Below, one piece after another: positions 9,488 through 18,729 of a DNA stretch of 51,157 nucleotides; the stretch's first letter is position 1; each line of letters starts with the position of its first letter. A model generated the notes under the pieces. It was not told the origin of the DNA and made no database searches. It saw nothing but the letters and a program-made list of their open reading frames with translations. Location: IMG/VR virus record IMGVR_UViG_2925877141_000001; one strand, 5' to 3'. A program made the translations under genes and the position numbers. The stretch comes from a virus (lineage: Duplodnaviria > Heunggongvirae > Uroviricota > Caudoviricetes).

Positions 9488-11221
9488 TTAGTTATCTGAC
9501 AGATATGATGAGATGGTAGCAGAATCGACACCATGTCCACTTATCATAATAACTTTAAGACTCTTTATTAGTTCATTCTTGAAGCTATCCGATTGCACAG
9601 GATTTTTCTCGACCCAATATCGATATGGGTTATCTTTAACTCGTCCTTTGACTTGGTCCTGAAATTGAGTCGTATGTGCAAAATCTTTAAACAGTTTTCT
9701 CACTCTCCCGCCATGATTTTTGTTAACTTTTTTATAATTATCTATAAGGATTTTTAAATCAATCGGAGCGTTACCAATCTTTAGCGTTGTAATTATGTCT
9801 TTAGCTGTTTTCATAAAAACAGATTTTGTAAATTTATTTTTATTTTCCCAATATGCATCATCAGGTGGTAAATTATATAAAAACTCAAAAATCATTTGAT
9901 CTGGAGGTAAGGTGCTTGGAAGCAAACATAAGTTTTTTTCTTTTTTGGCTTTTTTTGCATTAGCACTGTTGTCGTGAACAACATCACCGTCTAAGACGAT
10001 CAAGCTTTTAGCTGTAAATTCTGGTATTTTTCTTGCCATTAAGTCAAGCATGGCAGAGCAGCTAATATTTATATTCCCTAATGGATTTAATATTTTATTT
10101 ATTTTTCGATCTGTTATCAATTGTTTGAAAAAGTCGAAACCTTCTTTGTCTTCAAAATATACATTTGCTTTTGGAAGACAAATGTCATCATTAATTTTTA
10201 CAGTTTCAACATGTAAATCAGCGTGGATATCTGTCCATGAAAGATTATTCTTTGTTTTAATATCTCCATATGTGTCTGTAAGATATATTGTTTTAAAGCT
10301 ATCACTATCTTGTTTTGAACGATTATAGATATCCTCTATTATTAATGGAGAGTGCGAGGTCATGATTATTTGCAGATCGTATTGTTTTGCTGCTTTAGTT
10401 AGAATATTAATTAACTCTAACTGTGCAGCAGGGAAAAGACCTGCATCGGCTTCATCAATTAACAATATTCCGCCATGATAATCAGAATAAGTTTCCTTCA
10501 ATCTTTTAAATGAAAAAATTGCTTGGATTAATTGTCCAACATTATCTTCACCAACAGATACTGATTGGTGATCATAATTGTCACCATGGACAACCATTGA
10601 ATCGATAATACCTTTTGTTGCTGTTACTGAGCTTCCATTGTTTTTTAGTAAGAGTTGGTTACTCATCATTCTGATTTCATCAGAATTTTCATTGATGTAC
10701 TGAACATCCCGTGTTGAGTAATTAGTCCTTAATGTAATAGGAAGAAGTCGTGCTAAGCTTAAAAAAATAACAGGATGAGTAACGTTTCTACTTTGGTTTT
10801 TTTCCGGTATTGAATCATTTCCCCTGACTACAGGCCTTGATTTATCTCTGTCACTGTAGCTGTATAAACCTAATGTTAGTTTTTCAAGATGTTTGTTCGA
10901 TGCACCATCATAGACACTAATTTTGACGTCCATTGAACCAGGAACATCAAATTGTTCTGAAAGCCTAAAATGTTCGCTGAAAGCTGACTTGAAGCTGCCA
11001 TTTGTTAATGTTTTATATTGTGTTAAATCAGTCTCAGGTTTTTTGGTAAAGTCCTTTGTAAAGCTAAATATTTGGGCGATAATGCCAAGAATTGTGGATT
11101 TAGATGTGCCATTTTTACCACAAATAACAGTTAGGCGAGAACCAAACTCGATGTTTATATTTTTCAGTCCGCGAAACTTCACAACATTTATATTTTTTAG
11201 TTTGGTAATTTGATTTGCCAT
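9488..11221 (-). CDS. ABC-type (AAA_15/OLD-like) ATPase with putative C-terminal Toprim-like nuclease region
   Basis: Walker A GKNGTSKST, Walker B LLIDEADAGLF, H-loop-like TSHSP; C-terminal FEDKEG and LIVLDGD segments resemble Toprim Glu and DxD motifs (unverified); alternative ATG at 11272. Confidence 0.65.
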   Translation of the reverse strand: MANQITKLKNINVVKFRGLKNINIEFGSRLTVICGKNGTSKSTILGIIAQIFSFTKDFTKKPETDLTQYKTLTNGSFKSAFSEHFRLSEQFDVPGSMDVKISVYDGASNKHLEKLTLGLYSYSDRDKSRPVVRGNDSIPEKNQSRNVTHPVIFLSLARLLPITLRTNYSTRDVQYINENSDEIRMMSNQLLLKNNGSSVTATKGIIDSMVVHGDNYDHQSVSVGEDNVGQLIQAIFSFKRLKETYSDYHGGILLIDEADAGLFPAAQLELINILTKAAKQYDLQIIMTSHSPLIIEDIYNRSKQDSDSFKTIYLTDTYGDIKTKNNLSWTDIHADLHVETVKINDDICLPKANVYFEDKEGFDFFKQLITDRKINKILNPLGNINISCSAMLDLMARKIPEFTAKSLIVLDGDVVHDNSANAKKAKKEKNLCLLPSTLPPDQMIFEFLYNLPPDDAYWENKNKFTKSVFMKTAKDIITTLKIGNAPIDLKILIDNYKKVNKNHGGRVRKLFKDFAHTTQFQDQVKGRVKDNPYRYWVEKNPVQSDSFKNELIKSLKVIMISGHGVDSATISSYLSDN

Positions 11222-11237
11222 GTTTGTATCTTGCTCC

Positions 11238-11262
11238 GTAAAATGGCCACAAATTGTGGCCA
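11238..11262 (-). terminator. Hairpin immediately downstream of int (tI/sib-like position)
   Basis: Palindrome TGGCCACA-AAT-TGTGGCCA at 11244-11262 followed on the minus strand by TTTT. Confidence 0.45.
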
Positions 11263-11279
11263 ATAGTTTCATGCTTGGA

Positions 11280-12446
11280 TTATATTGTTATCTTCTTCAA
11301 GCTTGTTTGTCCATCATATTCCTTCAGATATGAGCCATAGTGCCTGAAAAGCATCTCCGGTCCTTTATGCCCCATTTGAGCTGCAAGCCAAAACAGGTTT
11401 GCTCCCCGGCTGATATGGCGGGTGGCGAATGTATGCCTAGTTTGATATGGATTTCTGTAACGAATACCTGCTTTTCGCAATGTTGGCACCCATGCTTTTT
11501 TTCTGATTGCATCAGCACTTGCCCATGGCTTATTGGTCTTTGGATCTTCAAAGACAGTAGCATCCTTCATGAATGTAAATGGCTTCTGGTTTATCAACGC
11601 CAACATTGCTTCTTCAGTCAGTTCAACTTTACGGGTACCGGCTTTTGTCTTTGTTCCTTTGATAACTCCGACAACACTTGCGCTCTGAACATGGGCTGTT
11701 TTTCCAACAAAGTCGATATCATGCCATCGTAGGGCACATAATTCAGAACTACGCAGGCCTGTATGTATGGCGAACCGGAACAGATTTTCCCATTGTTTGT
11801 TTCCGGCTGCTGCTAGTAATGCATCAACTTCTGCTGGTGATAGCGGATCAACCACATAGCTGCTTTCTGCTTCTGACTTATCACTTTGGTAGCGCGAAGC
11901 TGTTACTAACGATACGGGGTTAATTTGAAATACCCCATCGGTCACGGCTTCATCAAGTGCTGACCGTAGGAAAGATAACTGGTTGCGAATGGTTTTTAAG
12001 GTTGTTTTCTGGCTTTGAATCCACGCTTTCAGGGTTGCTGGTGTTAATTCACTTGCAGGGCAAATGTGAAGTGAGGCTAACGCACTACGGCATTTTTTAT
12101 AGCCACCAATCGTAGAGGGTGAAAGTTTTCTTGTTTCGCAGATTTCAAGATATTCGTCCAGGTACATCTTTACCGTTTTGCCTGCAGCAGCATTACCAAA
12201 AATTTTCAAACGAGCAGAACGGGGAAAATATTCTGCATAAATGAATGTTCCCCTTTCGATCTTATTATGGATTTCGCCGAGTGTACGCTCGGCGTATTTA
12301 ATGTTCTTTGGTGTTACTTCCAGATTGGAAAGCGGCTCACGACATCTAACTCCTTTGTAGGTGAAAGTTATATTGATCGTTTCTCCCTGGCGGTGTTTCC
12401 TGATTGTTACGCCGCGCGGTAGTTTGAGCAGTTTTGTCTGGCCCAT
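11280..12446 (-). CDS. int: Phage tyrosine integrase
   Basis: 388-aa ORF with integrase C-terminal catalytic segments (HTGLRSSELCALRW, HTFATRHISRGANLFWLAAQMGH, RHYGSY); overlaps the upstream xis-like ORF. Confidence 0.85.
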   Translation of the reverse strand: MGQTKLLKLPRGVTIRKHRQGETINITFTYKGVRCREPLSNLEVTPKNIKYAERTLGEIHNKIERGTFIYAEYFPRSARLKIFGNAAAGKTVKMYLDEYLEICETRKLSPSTIGGYKKCRSALASLHICPASELTPATLKAWIQSQKTTLKTIRNQLSFLRSALDEAVTDGVFQINPVSLVTASRYQSDKSEAESSYVVDPLSPAEVDALLAAAGNKQWENLFRFAIHTGLRSSELCALRWHDIDFVGKTAHVQSASVVGVIKGTKTKAGTRKVELTEEAMLALINQKPFTFMKDATVFEDPKTNKPWASADAIRKKAWVPTLRKAGIRYRNPYQTRHTFATRHISRGANLFWLAAQMGHKGPEMLFRHYGSYLKEYDGQTSLKKITI

Positions 12447-12625
12447 TTTGCAACCTCACTAAGATCAATCCACCTCTCCTTAACGCCTTCAACCTTTAAA
12501 ACCTGAACACCTTCACGCCAAACACCGCGCTGTACACGTTTGTTTATTGCTTCAGGAGTTTCGCCAGTTTCTTTGCAATAAGTTGAGATAGGAACACAAT
12601 CGAGGTTCAGCATACGTTTCTCCAT
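12407..12625 (-). CDS. xis: Excisionase-like small DNA-binding protein
   Basis: Small ORF directly upstream of and overlapping int, as for lambda xis/int; start ambiguous (12625 or 12613). Confidence 0.5.
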   Translation of the reverse strand: MEKRMLNLDCVPISTYCKETGETPEAINKRVQRGVWREGVQVLKVEGVKERWIDLSEVAKWARQNCSNYRAA

Positions 12626-12654
12626 TATCCCGTCTGCACACGGGAGCAACATTA

Positions 12655-13521
12655 TTAACGAATAGTGTCGTTACTTTGAAGTACAGCAAATGCCATTAAT
12701 ACTTCTAAAGTATATCTTCTATAAAATTTAACAAAACCAACATAGAAAACATAGACGAAGAAAAAGCTAAGCATTATTGAAAGTAAACTATAAAGATAAT
12801 CACTATGAGTATATAATCGATAAATAAAGGTTGGAACTGATACCCAAAATGAAATTATAAAGATTAAACATATGTTTCTGCAAAAACCATATAATGCAAC
12901 ATAGTTTTGAATTTTTGTTTGATGTTGTTTTGAAAACTCATAAACATAATGATATGCCAATCTGAAGAGATCATCATCAAGTCCGTTTTTATCTTGTAAT
13001 AATTGGCGATTTGTTATGAACTTTTTCTCATAACCTTCTTTGATCATTAACCATGTTGTATTAGCTAAATGAAATGGTAGAGATTGAGAATAACATAATT
13101 TTTGTGTTATAAAATCCCATAGTATTATTGGGCATAATACGCATTTGATTATGCGATTCTTTATTTTTGTTTTTTTATCAGCGCTTCTCTCATCGCATGA
13201 TGGGCTACAAATGCTTTCTGAGGTATCTATCAATTTTTTAAATAGATATTTGGAAGGATATCCTAATTCTTTATTCATGTATTTTTCGATAAAAAATGCT
13301 GACGTGATAGAAATAAAATGTCCAGCTATATAAGATATAATAACTATTGAAGCGTAGTTCAAAATGCCAAAGATTTGACTTTGACCTCTGAGCAATTCAC
13401 TTAAGTCAATAACAATATCTAGATCGAATGTCAAACCACAGAAATACATTAATAGGATAAAAAAACCACCTGGTATTAAATATCCAAGAAAGTCATAGAA
13501 TGAGAATGGATTTTGATTCAT
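12655..13521 (-). CDS. Hypothetical multi-pass membrane protein (AT-rich accessory gene)
   Basis: ATG at 13521 with GGAG 7 nt upstream; several hydrophobic segments at both ends; not recognised as a lambda gene. Confidence 0.6.
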   Translation of the reverse strand: MNQNPFSFYDFLGYLIPGGFFILLMYFCGLTFDLDIVIDLSELLRGQSQIFGILNYASIVIISYIAGHFISITSAFFIEKYMNKELGYPSKYLFKKLIDTSESICSPSCDERSADKKTKIKNRIIKCVLCPIILWDFITQKLCYSQSLPFHLANTTWLMIKEGYEKKFITNRQLLQDKNGLDDDLFRLAYHYVYEFSKQHQTKIQNYVALYGFCRNICLIFIISFWVSVPTFIYRLYTHSDYLYSLLSIMLSFFFVYVFYVGFVKFYRRYTLEVLMAFAVLQSNDTIR

Positions 13522-13629
13522 TGTTGCTCTCCAATAATTTTTCAATTTGTAATATAACCTATATCTATATGTTAATAAATTACTTATATGTTCTTTTATG
13601 GCAGAGTTTGAATTCGTACGTGCTGATTT

Positions 13630-14154
13630 TTACGACTCAGTTAACTCTTTAAAGCGTTCCATAAACATCCCATAGGTATGGCCTGGCGACAGTGGAATAA
13701 CTTTGAACATCTCTGTTGCCGGGATACCTTCCAGTACAGGCCAGAAAGAGCCATCATCAAGCCCGAGATCGCGGCGTTCGGTTGCCAGCATGATGAGATC
13801 GGCATATTTCACGGGCGTACTCATAACCGGGGGTAACCCGTATTTCTCACGGATTACGGCGTCTATTTTTTCTTCCATCCGTTTATAGTCAGGAAGAAGG
13901 CGTTTCAGTGGAGCCGGGATGTCCTGGCAATACGCTTCTGTTGCATCATGCATTAACGCTTCAAAAGCAAATTCCTGCGGTACCAGCTGGCTGCAAAGCA
14001 CCGCATGTTGGGCGACGCTGTAGAAGTGTGAAAGATGGCCGGCAAAGCGACAGATATTTGAAAGGGAAACCGCGATATCGTTAATATCGATGTTGTCTTT
14101 ATTTATCCTGTCATAATAAAAATGTTTCCCGGAAAAAGTTTTAATAAATGACAT
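13630..14154 (-). CDS. HD-domain phosphohydrolase
   Basis: H...HD motif (LMHDATEAYCQD) in translation; ATG at 14154 with GGAG 6 nt upstream. Confidence 0.6.
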   Translation of the reverse strand: MSFIKTFSGKHFYYDRINKDNIDINDIAVSLSNICRFAGHLSHFYSVAQHAVLCSQLVPQEFAFEALMHDATEAYCQDIPAPLKRLLPDYKRMEEKIDAVIREKYGLPPVMSTPVKYADLIMLATERRDLGLDDGSFWPVLEGIPATEMFKVIPLSPGHTYGMFMERFKELTES

Positions 14155-14282
14155 TTTGTTCTCCACGTTATATGCGCTGCATCGCGCTGAATTTTGGTTA
14201 AAGAAAACCCTCGCCTTCAGGCGATTATTGAGTCAATTACGTTTCCATAAATGCCCCCGCAGGGGCATTTGCAGTAATGAAA

Positions 14283-15107
14283 TCAGGCGGTGAAAGTCCC
14301 AATAAAGGTTTCTACTTTGCTGTCCTTGAATTTCTCAACAAGCAGATCACGAAATTCGTTAGCCATATCTTCCTGCACCGCTTCCAGCTGAATAATGCGC
14401 AGAACCAGTACAGGACGATCGCCAGTGATAATGCTGAGGCGTAATTTAAACGGACGTTCTTTCAGACCTTCAAATGGAACGCATTTAAACTCAAATGCCA
14501 CTGGCATAATGTCTTTGGTCTTCGCTTCGACAGACTCCATCAGGGAGCGTTTGCCGCTGAAGTCATTATCTTCAAAATCAGCAGTCTGGTTTGCTTCAAT
14601 CGTGATTTTACGGACCGCCGCAGCCGCTTTTGTTGCCTGAATCGTGTCACCATTAGCATCAAAGCCCACAAGGTAGTCGGCCCAGTCTTCAATCCATTCT
14701 GCCAGTGACTTCTGGGAGTTACGCTCGCCGTTAACAGACAACAGAGCAGAGAACGGTGCTGTCTTTTTCAGTTTGAGTGTGGCGGTGTTATCTGCGTGAC
14801 CTGGTTCATCAATAGTACCCAGGTTAAGCACACTGACGGCTCGCATATTATCAGCATCGATAAAGCAGCGGGTGCCTTCATCTGCAAGATCTTTAGAATA
14901 ACGGGTAAAGTCATCGATGCTGGCAGTGGAAAGCGCACCACGGAAACGGAAGCGATTTAAATTAAATTTTTCCAGATCATGAATGCGGAAATTCTCAGGC
15001 AATGCCACAGCATCGGCACCAATCTTACTGATAATTTCATTAACACCCTGAGCAGAAATAAGGGCATGGATTTGATTAATTGCGGTTGCGTCTAAGTTCT
15101 GAGACAT
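14283..15107 (-). CDS. Phage early-region protein, possibly YfdQ/DUF2303-like
   Basis: 274-aa ORF with GAGGA RBS; family assignment from memory only. Confidence 0.5.
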   Translation of the reverse strand: MSQNLDATAINQIHALISAQGVNEIISKIGADAVALPENFRIHDLEKFNLNRFRFRGALSTASIDDFTRYSKDLADEGTRCFIDADNMRAVSVLNLGTIDEPGHADNTATLKLKKTAPFSALLSVNGERNSQKSLAEWIEDWADYLVGFDANGDTIQATKAAAAVRKITIEANQTADFEDNDFSGKRSLMESVEAKTKDIMPVAFEFKCVPFEGLKERPFKLRLSIITGDRPVLVLRIIQLEAVQEDMANEFRDLLVEKFKDSKVETFIGTFTA

Positions 15108-15172
15108 AATAAGTCCTCACTATATAAAGATATTCAGTGATGAGATAAATAATCAGTTAATTAAAAACGATA

Positions 15173-15535
15173 TTAACGACCTGCTGCGCGGAGTTTTCCG
15201 TCAGGTTCACCGGCAAGAGTCAGTAACTGTCCCTGGTCTTCCTGCAGAATAGTCAGGCGACCACCGCGATTGACATACATCGGCGTTTCGGTGGTGTCTT
15301 CTTCGGAAATTTTCCCGCGGTTAGTCGGGCGAACATATGAGAGTTTGTGTTTGATTTTCACTCGGTTCTCATCAAACGGTTCGATTTCCAGGTTGAGCGA
15401 GACCTTACCTTTGGTTTTCGTGTTCATCACACCGGAAGCGACTTCACTGAGAACTGCGCCGATTTTGGTTTCAAATACGCCGCCGTCCAGCTCCCCGATA
15501 AATGCCTGCACATCAGTACTGCGTTCGCTAGCCAT
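15173..15535 (-). CDS. Small phage early-region protein
   Basis: ATG at 15535 (MASERSTDVQAFIGELDGG...) with GAGGAG upstream; the longer ORF-track N-terminus is judged non-coding. Confidence 0.5.
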   Translation of the reverse strand: MASERSTDVQAFIGELDGGVFETKIGAVLSEVASGVMNTKTKGKVSLNLEIEPFDENRVKIKHKLSYVRPTNRGKISEEDTTETPMYVNRGGRLTILQEDQGQLLTLAGEPDGKLRAAGR

Positions 15536-15583
15536 TTTGCTGCTCCTCATCATATCGACCCTGCAAGGTCGGTTAGTTTCTCC

Positions 15584-15672
15584 ACAAAACAGAGAAGAAC
15601 ACCTGCGGTGACTGCCGCCCGGATGGATTGGGTTATGAGCCCGTCGTCCGGTGATGCTCTTCTCTGTTTTGT
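15584..15672. repeat. Long inverted repeat (16-17 bp arms, ~55-nt spacer); start of a cluster of hairpins in a non-coding stretch
   Basis: ACAAAACAGAGAAGAAC (15584-15600) pairs with GCTCTTCTCTGTTTTGT (15656-15672); further hairpin GGTACCAGC...GCTGGTACC at 15682-15716. Confidence 0.5.
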
Positions 15673-16003
15673 AAAAAGGACGGTACCAGCCGGAAGCAAG
15701 GGTACAAGCTGGTACCGCCAAGACTACACACAGCATAAAGTTGTGGTGCCGGGTGCCTCCCGGTGCCTGGCGAAGGTTGCACACCAGGCGGGTGGGTATC
15801 CACAGAAGGTCGACTGTCAGCCTCAACCTTAACCCGCGTGCGCTGAGCCGCATTCACCACAACGCTAAGGATTCTCTCTGGTTGAAAATACTTAGCTGTT
15901 ATGTGCCTGCTTTTAGCCACATCAGGCGAGGTGGACCTAGTTATTCCCCAACAACAAGGATTCGGTTAATCTGGTTATCCCCAACAACGCAAAAGGAAAA
16001 GAA

Positions 16004-16438
16004 ATGTCCGGTAATATCTATACGCTGTACAAATCCCACTGTGAAAATGTTGGAAAGTATCGGGGCATTGAAATCAGTGGGGTAGTGTCATCAGTCGAAA
16101 TAAGCAAAGTTGAATCAAGGGCAACATTACTTACTCTTTTGGACCTTGTCTTACATGAGCACCGGAAGAAATTCGGCACTCCCTATAATCAGTTGAATGG
16201 GAAAAAGGCTCTGGTTCACCTTATTCTGATGAAGCATCACTGGATGCCAAAACAGATTAATGAGATGAAATTTGATGAACTTCTTCTTTCAATTCAGGAT
16301 GAACTCACACTTGATAAAATAAGCGTAACCGCCCAGAAATTTTTAGATTATCGAGACTGGAGATCACAAATTCATCACTTTGATGATTTTGACGAAAATG
16401 AATGGGATCCTAATTTGTCTGCACAATATCTAAAGTAA
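16004..16438 (+). CDS. Hypothetical protein in immunity-proximal region
   Basis: 144-aa ORF on the strand opposite the early-left genes; no recognisable domain. Confidence 0.45.
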   Translation: MSGNIYTLYKSHCENVGKYRGIEISGVVSSVEISKVESRATLLTLLDLVLHEHRKKFGTPYNQLNGKKALVHLILMKHHWMPKQINEMKFDELLLSIQDELTLDKISVTAQKFLDYRDWRSQIHHFDDFDENEWDPNLSAQYLK

Positions 16439-16616
16439 CATCCTGTGATAAAACCGTGATTTCCTGATCCAGTTTTTTTAAGGAGTCTATTGTTTCCTGT
16501 CGATAAGACAGCACTTCACGAAGCTGGTTTATAGCTGCCAGCTTCTTTGTCATCCACTCATAAATTTCCTCATCTGTGTAGCCAGGCGCGACGATTTTGG
16601 GTTCTGTTTTGTGCAT
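16410..16616 (-). CDS. Hypothetical small acidic protein downstream of cI
   Basis: ORF MHKTEPKIVAPGYTDEEIYEW...; 3' end overlaps the convergent 16004-16438 gene. Confidence 0.4.
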   Translation of the reverse strand: MHKTEPKIVAPGYTDEEIYEWMTKKLAAINQLREVLSYRQETIDSLKKLDQEITVLSQDVTLDIVQTN

Positions 16617-16863
16617 TTCACATCTCCTCAAGTTATCAGTTACTTGTTGATGGGGACCAGATTCTTAAAGAGCTAAGCGTCCTGTAGGGCGCTTTTTTGT
16701 TGCTAACGAATCATCCTGGACTTCATATGCCCCAGGCGGCTACTTCGTGGGCGTCCTGCCTGTTCGTTATCTTTGATATAAAATCTAACTTAACTTAGTT
16801 ATTATGGCAAGAGAAAACACCAAACTTTTCTTAGTTCGGTGCCTTAGTTAGAGAAGAGAGGTC

Positions 16864-17490
16864 TTAGAGTTCGTATTGAACTCCTTTGACTACACCAATG
16901 ATAAGGCAATTACCATTGATAGGGATGTTGGGATACCGAGGATTTAATGGCACTAAAAACTTTTGAGGGCCATCGATGACTAATTTTTTTACTGTAGCTT
17001 CGTTTGTTCCATCAAGTCGAGCGATGACTATTTTTCCATGACGAGGTTCTGCATCTGGATCTACAATCACTGTTGCGCCTTCTGGTATTGTTGGGAGGCC
17101 ATTAGGGTTAGTCATGGAGTCACCTTTAACCTCTAATGCAAATGAGTTATCACCAATCTTTAATGATGTATCTACCCACTTGTCCACTTCACTAAACACT
17201 TCTGCTGCCCTGCACTCAGTAAACTGCCCAGCCTGAACCCACGATATTACAGGAACTCTGCGCATGTTTGTGACGAGTTTGCCTTCAAACTCAGCACCAT
17301 AAAGAATGTAATCTATTGATGTATTGAAGAACTTCGCTAATTTCGAAAGTGCCTCCCCACCAGGGGTATTGATGTCTTTCTCCCAGTACCCCACAGCAAC
17401 GTCGCTTACTCCACAAAATTTACCCAATTCTTTCTGGGACGTTCCGGTAACTCTTCTCAGAGCTTTTATACGCTGACCAACCGTTTCCAT
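16864..17490 (-). CDS. cI: CI-type prophage repressor (HTH + LexA/S24 peptidase-like domain)
   Basis: N-terminal HTH (GTSQKELGKFCGVSDVAVGYWE) and C-terminal S24-like segment (LEVKGDSMTNPNG...GKIVIARLDG); divergent from a cro-like gene. Confidence 0.85.
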   Translation of the reverse strand: METVGQRIKALRRVTGTSQKELGKFCGVSDVAVGYWEKDINTPGGEALSKLAKFFNTSIDYILYGAEFEGKLVTNMRRVPVISWVQAGQFTECRAAEVFSEVDKWVDTSLKIGDNSFALEVKGDSMTNPNGLPTIPEGATVIVDPDAEPRHGKIVIARLDGTNEATVKKLVIDGPQKFLVPLNPRYPNIPINGNCLIIGVVKGVQYEL

Positions 17491-17587
17491 AGGAGCACCA
17501 TTTCTTGAATTGCTAAGTAATCTTAGTTTTTATTGACCAAAGATAGATTTGTAATTAGCATCTAATAAAACTTAGTTTGGAGGGCGT
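17491..17587. promoter_or_regulatory. Immunity operator/promoter region (oR-like) between cI and cro
   Basis: Palindromes CTAAG-N4-CTTAG, ATTAG-N3-CTAAT and AAACT-T-AGTTT within a 97-bp divergent intergenic region. Confidence 0.6.
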
Positions 17588-17788
17588 ATGACAACTGACG
17601 ATATCGAAAGCTACTTCGGCAGTATTGAGAAAGTTGCTGCTTTTTTCGGCATAACAACTGAAGCCGTTTATCAGTGGCGAAACCGTCCGGGCCAGTTAAT
17701 TCCAAAAGGACGTGCAGCAGAAGCTGCATATAGAACTTGCGGACGGTTGCCATTTAAACCTGAGCTTTATGAAAAATCTAATGGATAA
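17588..17788 (+). CDS. cro: Cro-like small HTH regulator
   Basis: 66-aa ORF divergent from cI with GGAG RBS; HTH-like segment (IEKVAAFFGITTEAVYQWRNR). Confidence 0.7.
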   Translation: MTTDDIESYFGSIEKVAAFFGITTEAVYQWRNRPGQLIPKGRAAEAAYRTCGRLPFKPELYEKSNG

Positions 17789-18377
17789 ATCGATTAACAG
17801 AAACCACAGAACGATGAGGCTAACCGTGGGTAAGCATCACTGGAAAGTAGAAAAACAGCCTGAGTGGTACGTGAAAGCTGTCAGAAAAACTATCGCAGCG
17901 TTGCCGGGTGGTTACGCTGAAGCAGCTGACTGGCTGGATGTAACAGAAAACGCATTATTTAACCGCCTTCGTGCCGATGGCGATCAGATTTTCCCGCTGG
18001 GATGGGCAATGATTTTGCAACGTGCTGGTGGAACTCACTTCATTGCTGACGCTGTGGCGCAGTCTGCAAATGGCGTCTTTGTGTCTCTTCCTGACGTCGA
18101 GGATGTGGACAACGCCGATATTAACCAGCGCCTGCTGGAAGTCATTGAACAGATTGGCAGTTATTCCAGACAGATTCGTTCGGCAATCGAAGACGGTGTG
18201 GTGGAACCGCATGAGAAGACAGCAATTAACGACGAGCTGTATCTCTCAATTTCGAAGCTGCAGGAGCATGCAGCACTGGTCTACAAAATCTTTTGCATTT
18301 CAGAAAGTAATGACGCCCGCGAGTGTGCAGCTCCGGGCGCCGTGGCGTGTCGTGACTGTGGAGAAACTAACGCATGA
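17781..18377 (+). CDS. Hypothetical early regulatory protein (cII position)
   Basis: ATG overlaps the cro stop; no family confidently recognised. Confidence 0.45.
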   Translation: MDKSINRNHRTMRLTVGKHHWKVEKQPEWYVKAVRKTIAALPGGYAEAADWLDVTENALFNRLRADGDQIFPLGWAMILQRAGGTHFIADAVAQSANGVFVSLPDVEDVDNADINQRLLEVIEQIGSYSRQIRSAIEDGVVEPHEKTAINDELYLSISKLQEHAALVYKIFCISESNDARECAAPGAVACRDCGETNA

Positions 18378-18729
18378 ACAGTTTAACAACACACTACCGT
18401 CGCTCGCAACTGATTGCGCTTCCTGTACCGGGTGGAAAAGCGAAGGTGGAGTATTGCTATGCAGTTAATGTACCAGGTGACAGGGAAATTGTAACCCACA
18501 GCTTTGCTGAGTGGGCTGTGGGTGATTTCAACCGGCAGAAGGAGACAGTCCTTTGCGACAAGTTAACCGCTGGTTCAAAGATCACTACGGAGTGCCCGTC
18601 AGAGTCATTCGTTGGGAGCCGGAAACACAACGAGTTATCTACCTCCGCGAAGGCTATGAGCATGAGTGCTTCAGCCCGCTCGAACAGTTTCGTCGTAAAT
18701 TCAGGGAAATAGAGGTCGGTCATGAGCAC
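18374..18729 (+). other. Possibly frameshifted gene upstream of O
   Basis: Protein-like N-terminal half in the 18374 frame; protein-like C-terminal half ([56 protein letters not shown]) in another frame ending at 18729, overlapping the O start. Confidence 0.35.

Noticed and set aside
15584-15770. Retron msr/msd hypothesis for the inverted-repeat cluster
   Set aside because: No reverse transcriptase gene nearby, and the spacer is too short for a typical msr-msd unit.
15347-16085. Overlapping ORFs in the hairpin-rich region (15347-15832, 15633-15920, 15741-16085)
   Set aside because: Mutually overlapping in several frames, Pro/Arg-rich with no start context, and coincide with strong inverted repeats; more likely non-coding.
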